From contig OZ240245.1 in assembly GCA_965198175.1 (NCBI GenBank), positions 2,944,001-3,008,000 on the forward strand: a stretch of 64,000 bases of DNA, in the 5' to 3' direction. Numbering within the stretch: position 1 is the first letter of the stretch; every line of letters begins with the position of its first letter. This stretch comes from Candidatus Poribacteria bacterium (GTDB lineage: Bacteria; Poribacteria; WGA-4E; PCPOR2b). The position numbers were made by a program, and so were the translations under genes. The notes beneath the pieces are model-generated. The model ran no database searches. It saw only the letters and a program-made list of their open reading frames with translations, and was not told where the DNA came from. Shown one piece after another: positions 19,877 through 28,731 of the stretch.

Positions 19877-20169
19877 CCGATCAGATCTACCCCTTGACAA
19901 GGGAGAGGGGCTACAGAACACTTAACTCTTACACTAAGGAAAACAGGATGCACAAGAATGAATTGGATTTCGGTTTTATTCTAATTCTTAGAGTATAAAC
20001 CTGTAGATAGATTTACGGTCTAGTTTCGCTAACAGAAAGGAGGTAGGCAAATTGGATCCAGTTGTGGTCTGCTTTGACAGACCTGTGGAGGCTTCCCCTT
20101 GTCGGCAGATGGATTTATCTATCTTTACGTGAATACTCTCTTAATTCTTTTAATAAATGAGCAAGGAAT

Positions 20170-21120
20170 ATGCCTGTCAACGCAGATAAGCCGCAGCTAT
20201 GGAAGAAAGATGTTGCCGCCTCAGTCGATTTATACAACAATTGGTTCATACGGTTCGCGCCTAAAACATATCAGGATGTTCGGAAAGAAACAACTGAACG
20301 TGTACAAGAAACGATTCAACTAACGAAAAATCTCACTATTCTAAGTCCCGAACTCTTAAAGGCAAACCCATCAGTTCTTCCAACCTTGCGGATGTGTACT
20401 GCTCCACCGATAGCAAGAGATCGATTAGTAGGATTGGCTTATGTGAGTAAACACTTGGTTCTTTCAATGGAGCAGGGGAAGATTCCACCCCGCATGAACG
20501 AAGAAAAACTAATTGAGGAGTTGTTGTCCATAGCCGAAATCTTGACTAAGCTGCTCGACTACGACATCCTCCCTTGGCTCGAAAGGAAAACGGCTCCTAC
20601 GGATTTGGAACAACATCGGGCGGCTACTATTGTGGCGGATCGGTTGTGTGGAACTGTTTCCGATCCGATTATCCGTAATGCCCAAGAACAAAGACAACTC
20701 GCCTTGATTGCGGCATATTTGAAGAAACGTAACTATACCGAGCAGCTCCACAAGCTCGGTCTTTCTTTCAGAGATCTGCCGCCCGGCACGTTTGCTTTTC
20801 GTTTGAATGTACTAGCTGGTAGAGATAGAACCGTCAATGTACCTGTTGATGTGGTCGCTCAGCCACATGGGCATCATTCAGGTGATTTGCCAATCTTGAT
20901 TGAAGCCAAATCCGCCGGCGATTTTACTAATACGAACAAGCGACGAAAAGAAGAGGCAACTAAAGTCAATCAGTTACGTGTGCGTTATGGAGAAGACCTC
21001 CAATTTATTCTGTTTCTCTGTGGATATTTTGATGCTGGCTACCTAGGCTACGAGGCAGCCGAGGGAATAGACTGGATTTGGGAACACCGAATTGAGGATA
21101 TGGAGTTACTTGGAATATGA
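20170..21120 (+). CDS. Type II restriction endonuclease, XamI-like
   Basis: PP.ARDRL.GLA, VPVDVV, IEAKSAGDFTNTNKRRKEEA.K, GYF...YL.YEA..GIDWIWEHR. Confidence 0.88.
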   Translation: MPVNADKPQLWKKDVAASVDLYNNWFIRFAPKTYQDVRKETTERVQETIQLTKNLTILSPELLKANPSVLPTLRMCTAPPIARDRLVGLAYVSKHLVLSMEQGKIPPRMNEEKLIEELLSIAEILTKLLDYDILPWLERKTAPTDLEQHRAATIVADRLCGTVSDPIIRNAQEQRQLALIAAYLKKRNYTEQLHKLGLSFRDLPPGTFAFRLNVLAGRDRTVNVPVDVVAQPHGHHSGDLPILIEAKSAGDFTNTNKRRKEEATKVNQLRVRYGEDLQFILFLCGYFDAGYLGYEAAEGIDWIWEHRIEDMELLGI

Positions 21121-22715
21121 AACTGAAAGCACTTCAACAGATCGAATCTGACCGACAGAACGCACAGACAAAGCTAGATAGTCTCAAAAGTGCCTCTGAA
21201 CGTAACAAAATGGGACAATACGCTACCCCTTTCCCTCTTGCACGCGAGATCGTTGAGTTTGTCAGAGATACATACTTTACTGAAACAGATAAGATTCGTT
21301 TCCTAGATCCGGCTGCGGGCACAGGGGCTTTTTTCTCGGCAATGCTTCATGCTTTCCCGAAAACGCGGATTGAAAACGCCATTGGAGTCGAACTTGACTC
21401 ACAAATTGCTTCAATCGCTGAAAATTTATGGACAGCATGGGGACTGGACGTAGTTAAAGCGGATTTTGCACAGTTACCCTTTCCAACTTCCCCCATGTTC
21501 AATTTGCATCTTGTCAATCCCCCTTATGTTCGACATCACTACCTCGATCCGGAGACAAAGCAGAATCTTCAAGTAAAAATCAAAGCCTCAGTCGGGCTCA
21601 ACCTGAACGGCCTGGCGGGTCTGTACTGCTATTTTCTTTTAATAGCCCATCGGTGGTTAGCTCAAGATGGGTTTGGCGTCTGGCTTATCCCTTCTGAGTT
21701 TATGGATGTTAAGTATGGAGAAATTGTCAAACGCTATTTAATTGAACAGGTTTCCTTGCGGCATATACATCGTTTTGATGCAGAAGCACTGCAATTTGAC
21801 GATGCCCTTGTTTCCTCAACTGTGCTAATTTTTCAAAAACGTAAGCCCGAACAAGAAGGTGAGGCGACTTTTTCTCTAGGCGGCACCCTGAAGGATCCGC
21901 GTATCTGTGCACACATTCGTCAACGGCAGCTAGCACAGGTAAGCAAGTGGACCTCGCTTCCGAGCAAATCAGTGCGGTATGCTGTGCGTGATGTCCATAA
22001 ATTTAACAAAACAACAACGATTGGGGACCTTTTTGAAATTCGTCGAGGACTAGCAACCGGTGCAAACCAGTTTTTTATTTTACGTCGTGATATTGCCAGA
22101 GATAAAGGTCTGCCCGAACAATTTCTACGGCCAATCTTGCCAAGTCCAAGATATCTGAATAATGAAAAAATATTCGCTGCTAGCGACGGTTTTCCACTCG
22201 TTCAGCCATCTTTGGTATTGTTAGATTGTGATTTAGGTGAAAGCGAAATCGAAGCCTACCCACCACTAAAGGCTTACCTTGATTGGGGCAAGTCACAAGG
22301 ATTTGCAGACCGATACATTACTAGTCATCGACGACCATGGTTCAAACAGGAAAATCGACCAGCGGCCCCTATTTTATGCAGTTATATGTCTCGCACCAAG
22401 TCAGGGGATTCTGGACTACGGTTCTTCCGAAACTATTCGCAGGCAACTAGCCCAAACGTATATCTGATGCTTTATCCGAATCAAGAGGTGCAGCAGGCTT
22501 GTAAAAACAACGTGGACCTCCTCGCTCAATTATTCAATTTGCTGAAGCAGGCTAAGGATGAATATCTGCTTTATGAAGGACGAACTTATGGGGGAGGGCT
22601 TAACAAAATTGAACCCAAAGAACTTGCACGAGTGCCGTTACCTGAAGATCCATTACTACAACGAATCTTCGCCACGTCCAAGCAACTTCTCCTACTTGAA
22701 AACAAGGCACCATGA
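21117..22715 (+). CDS. DNA adenine N6-methyltransferase (Eco57I/TaqI-like) paired with the XamI-like endonuclease
   Basis: GQYATP, FLDPAAGTGAF (SAM binding), NPPY, R.YGGGL.K.EPKE; ATGA overlap with the REase. Confidence 0.92.
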   Translation: MKLKALQQIESDRQNAQTKLDSLKSASERNKMGQYATPFPLAREIVEFVRDTYFTETDKIRFLDPAAGTGAFFSAMLHAFPKTRIENAIGVELDSQIASIAENLWTAWGLDVVKADFAQLPFPTSPMFNLHLVNPPYVRHHYLDPETKQNLQVKIKASVGLNLNGLAGLYCYFLLIAHRWLAQDGFGVWLIPSEFMDVKYGEIVKRYLIEQVSLRHIHRFDAEALQFDDALVSSTVLIFQKRKPEQEGEATFSLGGTLKDPRICAHIRQRQLAQVSKWTSLPSKSVRYAVRDVHKFNKTTTIGDLFEIRRGLATGANQFFILRRDIARDKGLPEQFLRPILPSPRYLNNEKIFAASDGFPLVQPSLVLLDCDLGESEIEAYPPLKAYLDWGKSQGFADRYITSHRRPWFKQENRPAAPILCSYMSRTKSGDSGLRFFRNYSQATSPNVYLMLYPNQEVQQACKNNVDLLAQLFNLLKQAKDEYLLYEGRTYGGGLNKIEPKELARVPLPEDPLLQRIFATSKQLLLLENKAP

Positions 22716-23632
22716 ATACATTAAAAGCTTACCTTGAACTCATTCGTTATCCCCTCTTCGCCATCCCGATTGTTGCGACGCTACCCGGTGCATTAATCGC
22801 CTCAGAGGGAGAGTGGAATTGGCGGGTCGGACTGACGTTGCTCATTGCGCTGCTCGGCTACTTCGCGGGAATGATGAAGAACGACTATTTCCACCGCGAT
22901 CAGGACTCTGTTGTGAATCCGAAACGCCCAATTCCGTCACACCGACTCACACCTCGGCAGGTATTGATTACCGCAAGCAGCGTTTACATCATCTGCGTCA
23001 TTTTGGGATTCACGCTTCACATCAAAGCCGGGCTTCTGGTGATTGCCCTTGTGATGATTTCCCATTCATACAACGCCATCTTCAAGGAACGTGGAATACT
23101 GGGAAGCATTAGCCTTCCCGTTGGCATTGGTCTGCTCAATGTTTTTGGTGCACTGGCTGTAAGCGGGGATGTGCCGCGCCTAGTCTGGTATGCGTTTGCT
23201 GCTACGACGCTCTACGATTGCGGCACACACATTACGACAACCTTCAAGGACATTGAACGTGACAAGAAAATTGGGATTACCACCACTCCCTTGCAATTGG
23301 GAAGCGAGCCCGCCCTTGTCCTTTCTGCTGTGGTAACAATCCTCGCCTTTGTTGTCGCTGCTTTGCCGTATTGGCTAGAAGGCGTTCGTTGGAATTATAC
23401 GTTGTGGATTGTTATTGCATTGATTGCAACAAGTATCACCCGTCTCCCGCTTTATCTGAATCCAAATGAGAAGAACGGCTATCTTGCCCTGCAGGGATCG
23501 ATGATTGGCGCAATCACGTTTTTCCCTTGCCTCATCGGTGTTCAGATTTCCTTCTGGGGCTCTGCTCTGGTAATCTTGCCCTTGCTATTGTTGACAATGA
23601 CATTGCTGAAAGCGAGCAAGCAGGAGGTCTGA
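22712..23632 (+). CDS. UbiA-family membrane prenyltransferase
   Basis: Y..LIR, ND(YFH)RDQD...P.RPIPS, YN, KDIERD...G..TTP; multiple TM helices. Confidence 0.88.
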   Translation: MNTLKAYLELIRYPLFAIPIVATLPGALIASEGEWNWRVGLTLLIALLGYFAGMMKNDYFHRDQDSVVNPKRPIPSHRLTPRQVLITASSVYIICVILGFTLHIKAGLLVIALVMISHSYNAIFKERGILGSISLPVGIGLLNVFGALAVSGDVPRLVWYAFAATTLYDCGTHITTTFKDIERDKKIGITTTPLQLGSEPALVLSAVVTILAFVVAALPYWLEGVRWNYTLWIVIALIATSITRLPLYLNPNEKNGYLALQGSMIGAITFFPCLIGVQISFWGSALVILPLLLLTMTLLKASKQEV

Positions 23633-23739
23633 ATTCCCAACGGTGATTGCCCCAATCCATTTTACTTTATCTGGCAAGTCAGTTCCCTGCAATCCATCAA
23701 TTCCTTCACAGACGAAGAGATTTGACACACAACTGAACC

Positions 23740-25413
23740 ATGAAAATACTCGCCGAATCGGCTGTGCATCGAGGTTCAACCTATTTAATGAGGCAACAAA
23801 ACACAACAGGAAGTTTTGAGGGACAACTCTCCTCAAGCACCTTTCCGTCCTGTGCTTACGCCTGGGTAAAGCTTGCTCAAAATCAGTTGCCCGATCAAAT
23901 GTTAATTGATTGGTTCATAAGAAATCAGAATCAGGACGGTACTTGGGGGCTTGATGCTGCCAATCATCCGAACCGTGAAGCGACCTTATTTGTGAGACTC
24001 ATGCTAGGTCAGGTTGCAAAGCGGAGACCTGAACCGCGCATTGCGAAAGCCCTAAAACGAAGCCCTGACTATCCTTTAGCACTTGCCTTAATTAAATTGG
24101 CTTACGCAGCTTTCGGCGAACATAATTGGGATAAGCTGACCATTCCAAGGCGCATGCTACCCGTGATGTCGCTGACAAAACAGTTGCTGACCAGATTCCC
24201 CACTCTGCAATCGCTCCTTAAACCCCCTACCAACGTTCTCCCTCCTGTCGATCTCTTTAACGCGCCAATGTTTGGGAACTTGTTCATTGCAGAGCAATAT
24301 ACGCTCGTCGCTGTTTTCATCATGATTGAACTGAATACAACCCGACGTCCACAAGTCATCAAATCGCTCGTCAATTGGCTCAAGGAACACATGCTTCCTG
24401 ATAACAGCTGGTTTCGGGTAAACTTCATCACAGCGCTATCGATATTAGCCCTTATTGAACTTCAGAAGGTACAGGGCATGGACGAAGACGTTCAAGCCAT
24501 AATTGATCGAGGAATTGCGTGGCTTCAATCCACGCGAAATTCGGATGGGGGGTGTCGTGAGGCTTTGAACCTTAACGTATGGGATACCGCCCTAAGCGTA
24601 ATCTCGCTTCTAGAAATTGCCGATTTCGACAGGAATAATGTGATTCAATGTGCATGCAGATGGTTGATTGAAAATCAGAATCCAGATGGCGGTTGGGCAT
24701 TTTCTAGGATGGGAGCAAAAGAGAACCTTCCGAGCGATGCAGACGACACAGCTTTAGCCACACTCGCGTTAATCAGATCGAAAACGCCGTCTGCAGCCGA
24801 GGCAATTCAGCGTGGATTAAATTGGCTAAAGGTACGCCAAAGACGCGATGGAAGTTGGAGCACGTATCTCCCCGGTCAGGGTGATGTCGGTTGCGTGAGC
24901 ATCACGGCACACGCAATTGAAACGTTGCACGAAGCAAGTGGTATGGAAGCACACATTTCCCGGGCAACCCATTGGATTAGAGGTCAAATCGCATCCGAGG
25001 GATATTGGACGGATTTATGGTTAGCCAAACGAACTTATGGGACAGCTTGCGCGATTATAGCCTTAATCAAGACAAAGCTGAAGGAAGCGCCAGAAGTTTC
25101 ACAGGGGGTGCGCTGGCTTGAATCCGTGCAAAACAGCGACGGCGGGTGGGGAGAAGACATGTTCGGCAACCGGAAGAATAGCACCATCGAACAAACGGCG
25201 TGGTGCACTCACGCTCTCCTACTTGCCAACCCTGAAAATCGCGCCGCTCAAAACGGATTGAAGCTTCTCCTCAGTAGCCAAAAAGCAGATGGTTCCTGGG
25301 ATGCGAGCTGTGTGGGTATCTACTGGGAGGTCATCGGCGGCTATGCTGATTCAATTTACCCTTCGGTTTTTCCGCTGCTTGCACTGAATCAATATCTGAA
25401 AGGGACAAAGTAG
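23740..25413 (+). CDS. Class II terpene cyclase (squalene-hopene-cyclase-like, QW repeats)
   Basis: VWDTAL, QNPDGGWAF, DADDTA (DxDD), QRRDGSW, QNSDGGWG, QKADGSW. Confidence 0.88.
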   Translation: MKILAESAVHRGSTYLMRQQNTTGSFEGQLSSSTFPSCAYAWVKLAQNQLPDQMLIDWFIRNQNQDGTWGLDAANHPNREATLFVRLMLGQVAKRRPEPRIAKALKRSPDYPLALALIKLAYAAFGEHNWDKLTIPRRMLPVMSLTKQLLTRFPTLQSLLKPPTNVLPPVDLFNAPMFGNLFIAEQYTLVAVFIMIELNTTRRPQVIKSLVNWLKEHMLPDNSWFRVNFITALSILALIELQKVQGMDEDVQAIIDRGIAWLQSTRNSDGGCREALNLNVWDTALSVISLLEIADFDRNNVIQCACRWLIENQNPDGGWAFSRMGAKENLPSDADDTALATLALIRSKTPSAAEAIQRGLNWLKVRQRRDGSWSTYLPGQGDVGCVSITAHAIETLHEASGMEAHISRATHWIRGQIASEGYWTDLWLAKRTYGTACAIIALIKTKLKEAPEVSQGVRWLESVQNSDGGWGEDMFGNRKNSTIEQTAWCTHALLLANPENRAAQNGLKLLLSSQKADGSWDASCVGIYWEVIGGYADSIYPSVFPLLALNQYLKGTK

Positions 25414-25477
25414 GTATTATTTGCGTATGCTGCTTAGATACCAGTTTCCAACGGCTAACTACCACATGTCTGACTAA

Positions 25478-26149
25478 ATGATCTCTGTTATCATTCCCAT
25501 TCTCAACGAAGCTAAAATCTTAGATCGATCGCTCTCTCAACTCAAACAGCAACTGCAGAGACACGAGCTAATTATCGTCGATGGTGGTAGCATAGATGAC
25601 AGCCCGTTAATTGCGAAAAAGTACGGACAAGTAATATCTTCTCCCCAAGGTAGAGCCAGTCAGATGAATGCCGGTGCTGCCGCCTCAACAGGAGATATAC
25701 TGCTTTTCTTGCATGCTGACGTTTGGCTAGATTCCGGTGCAATCAAAGGAGTCGAAGCGGCAATCGCGGCAGGATATGTCGGAGGTGGATTCAAACAACG
25801 CATTGAAGGCGGGCATTTTCCATACCGCCTGATTGAGCGAGGCGCAAACTTTAGAGCACGGCGTCTTCAGGTATTTTTCGGCGACGGTGGGATTTTCATA
25901 CATCGGCATCACTTTTATCAGATTGGGGGCTTCCCCGATGTTCCAATCCTGGAGGAGATGGAATTTTCTCGAAAGCTCCGTTACCTTGGTAAAACGACAC
26001 TTGTTGAGCCAGGCATTCATATCTCTTCCCGTCGCTGGAAGAAGAATGGGATTTTACTTACAACAGCCATCAATTGGTTAATCACCGCACTTTACTCGTT
26101 AGGTGTTTCCCCGTTCCGACTCGCAAGATTATATCGTCAGATCCGGTAA
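25478..26149 (+). CDS. Family 2 glycosyltransferase (rSAM/selenodomain-associated transferase 2 type)
   Basis: SVIIP.LNE, VDGGS.D, GRA.QMN.GA, LLFLHAD, S.RRW. Confidence 0.9.
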   Translation: MISVIIPILNEAKILDRSLSQLKQQLQRHELIIVDGGSIDDSPLIAKKYGQVISSPQGRASQMNAGAAASTGDILLFLHADVWLDSGAIKGVEAAIAAGYVGGGFKQRIEGGHFPYRLIERGANFRARRLQVFFGDGGIFIHRHHFYQIGGFPDVPILEEMEFSRKLRYLGKTTLVEPGIHISSRRWKKNGILLTTAINWLITALYSLGVSPFRLARLYRQIR

Positions 26150-26333
26150 TGGCACAAAATTGCGTATCTCCTTAAGTTACGAGGGCAACATCGTCAGCTT
26201 CGACTGTGTGGCACCACATCCAAAACGGTATACGCATTTAGGGGATTCCCTAAGAAAATCTAAAAAGACACACTGGAATTGAAATTCTCTCATTGTCCTT
26301 CTACGGTTACGTGAAAGCATTACGTTCTCATCT

Positions 26334-26909
26334 CTACTTCCGGTAGATTGTCACCTCCATGGCGTCCCGATCGACCCAAGGCAAATCTATCTCAAACCAG
26401 TGGGTCTGACTTTCGTAACGAGAACGAACAAGATTTAGGTAATCCGCCATCTCTGACGCACCTATCCCTACGTTATCCGCAACCACCGTCGCTCCATTGA
26501 GGAGACGCGATTCGATTGCCTGAAAAGACGAAAAATAGGCGCCGAAGCTGTTGTCTAGCAGCAGAAAATCAATGGGGTCATCAATGACTTTCAGGACCTT
26601 TGCCGCATCCCCAATTCGCGAATCAACTCGTTCACTTAGACCAGCACGTGCAAAGTTTTCTTGAGCCTCATGGGCGCGATCGGCATCAATCTCAATTGTG
26701 ATTAACCTGCCCTTACCTATCGTGTGCAATCTCGACGCTATCCACAGCCCGGAATAGCCGATTGCGGTTCCGCACTCGACAATCAATGGCGGTTCTACCT
26801 TTTCAATGAGATCGGCGAGAAATTTAGCCTTTTCGCGTCCGAGCATCGGGATACGTCGCTCTCGGCAACGACTATCTACTTCTTGCAACACCTGATCGAA
26901 TAGGGTCAT
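26334..26909 (-). CDS. SAM-dependent O-methyltransferase
   Basis: E.GTAIGYSGLW, TIEID, GDA, ADNV; ATG at 26909 after an AAGGA RBS. Confidence 0.88.
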   Translation of the reverse strand: MTLFDQVLQEVDSRCRERRIPMLGREKAKFLADLIEKVEPPLIVECGTAIGYSGLWIASRLHTIGKGRLITIEIDADRAHEAQENFARAGLSERVDSRIGDAAKVLKVIDDPIDFLLLDNSFGAYFSSFQAIESRLLNGATVVADNVGIGASEMADYLNLVRSRYESQTHWFEIDLPWVDRDAMEVTIYRK

Positions 26910-27204
26910 CGGTTTGTCCTTTCCTTGTTTGGCTGACATATAGAAGGATGATAACATAGAATCACAGATTTTGCATGTGGAAAATGACTCGTGCGAGTCC
27001 ATTGCATCGCGCTTCACAATATAACTAACACCCTTCACGTTTTTATTCACGGGAGGGGTTATACTCTCTGCAACAGGATTTGAAGACGAGATTAAGGATT
27101 TTGCAGACGCGAAGCAAAAATGGGATTCACAGATGGACGCTAAACGCCCAAGACTTGTACCTTTTTGGCTTGACGATCTAAGTGGGGTTGTGTAGAATAT
27201 TAGC

Positions 27205-27621
27205 GTGAAAGGGGTAAGAGAAGTGACTGTCCGATTCCTTATGTTCTTTCTGATTACCATTTCCCTTCTGGCATTGGGATGTTCCCCGCTACAACATCAC
27301 GCTACGATTGACCAATACAATCAATTTGCAATAGAAGCGGCTGAACTGCAATTATGGAACGAAGCCGTTTTTCGATGGGAACGCGTTCTTGAAATTGACC
27401 CGCAGTACGCTCAAGCACACAATAATCTAGGGGTTTCCTACGAAGCGTTGGGAAAATCTGATGAAGCGATTGATGCGTATAAACGGGCGACGGAATTAGA
27501 TCCAACCAACAGGTTTTTCCGCTTCAACTACAGAAAATGTCGTCTCCATGTTCAACGCAATGCCAGAAAACAACCTGATGAAGAGGATGATGAAATTAAA
27601 GAAGAGGAAGCCCCAGGTTAA
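27205..27621 (+). CDS. TPR-repeat lipoprotein
   Basis: LALGC lipobox; AHNNLGVSYEALGK..EAI.AYKRA.ELDP TPR. Confidence 0.85.
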   Translation: MKGVREVTVRFLMFFLITISLLALGCSPLQHHATIDQYNQFAIEAAELQLWNEAVFRWERVLEIDPQYAQAHNNLGVSYEALGKSDEAIDAYKRATELDPTNRFFRFNYRKCRLHVQRNARKQPDEEDDEIKEEEAPG

Positions 27622-27824
27622 ACTTGAATCGTTGTCTCTATCTTGTCGTGGTTTGCCAAATATCAGCGCTAGCGAGCGTCAAGAATAAGTCACGCAGCCA
27701 AATTATACAGCGTATGCCGAATTCACAGCGATGCAAACCGCCCAATCTGAAGGCTTAAAAAGATGGACTCTATAAAGTGGTCCCCATTGTCTAGACCAAA
27801 ACTAGCAAGAACCAAGTTAGCTAT

Positions 27825-28730
27825 TTGCGGTTAAGGTTTAGTATTGTCATCGAAGTAAACCTCTGCTGGAGTAGCATAATCCAGACTCTGATGTGGACTC
27901 GCAAACATATTTCCAGCTTATCGGAGAAATTTGAAAACTTCAACTTAAGCACGTTTCCCACAAATGTATTGATAATCGTAGTTTCGCTTTTCCGTCTAAG
28001 GTCAGGTGGAGGCAAATGGGGAGCCAGACTGCTGATAGTTGTAATGTGGATCAGTGTATCCTGTGGCTGTGGTCGTTCGGTTACGCGGGTCTCAATTCCT
28101 ATCAAGGTACAATCAGAAATAAATGTGAGTCAGTATTCGAGCTTTGTGGTCTTGCCGTTCTTTGATGAACAACCGGAAGAGGTGACGAAGTCTGCTGCAA
28201 AAGAGACAGAAGAGGAGATTGCGTCTCTGATGCGACGCAGACTTGGACAGCATAAAAATCTGCACATCCTCGGCACGCAGGAGACATTGCGAATGCTGGA
28301 TGGCGAACCGATAGACCTCAATCTGTTAGAGGATCCGAGTCAGCTTTTTCACTTTGGGGAACTTTTCGAGGTCGATGCAGTCGTTGTAGGGAGCTATAAA
28401 TTTTATACCGTGAGCAGGTCGAGACGCTACTACGGAGAACGCTACTCAAGGTCGATGCAACGCTATGTGACCGATTATCAGGATTACCTACAGAAAAACT
28501 ATATTTTCTCATTGAGAGTAGTTATCGCCGATGCAGAATCTGAAGAAGTTGTATGGGATGAGAAATACGAACGTACCGCGGCTGAAGCGCACACGCTCGG
28601 TTCCTTCCTTGTCTCACAAGCTACCCCGGATGATAGCACGCTAAAAAATCTGGCAAAACAAGCAATCACCGAGTTCACACGTCAAATCGCGCCCCATTAT
28701 GAAACAGAAGAAAGATTCTTGGTGAGATGA
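27825..28730 (+). CDS. Putative lipoprotein with CsgG/LpoB/TolB-N-like domain (true start probably downstream, about 27970-28050)
   Basis: Hydrophobic stretch ending SCGC, VVLPF, G....VDAVVVG, R..D..S.EVVW. Confidence 0.6.
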   Translation: MRLRFSIVIEVNLCWSSIIQTLMWTRKHISSLSEKFENFNLSTFPTNVLIIVVSLFRLRSGGGKWGARLLIVVMWISVSCGCGRSVTRVSIPIKVQSEINVSQYSSFVVLPFFDEQPEEVTKSAAKETEEEIASLMRRRLGQHKNLHILGTQETLRMLDGEPIDLNLLEDPSQLFHFGELFEVDAVVVGSYKFYTVSRSRRYYGERYSRSMQRYVTDYQDYLQKNYIFSLRVVIADAESEEVVWDEKYERTAAEAHTLGSFLVSQATPDDSTLKNLAKQAITEFTRQIAPHYETEERFLVR

Positions 28731-28731
28731 C

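Noticed and set aside
25478..26149. Arsenosugar or selenium pathway cluster around the GT2 gene
   Set aside because: The partner radical SAM and methyltransferase genes are not present in the window
26150..26164. TGGCACAAAATTGCG sigma54-like motif
   Set aside because: GG-GC spacing is 9 rather than 10 nt, and no gene lies downstream on that strand
26910..27260. N-terminal extension of the O-methyltransferase in the ORF track
   Set aside because: Family similarity begins at MTLFDQ (26909), which has its own RBS; the extension overlaps the divergent gene
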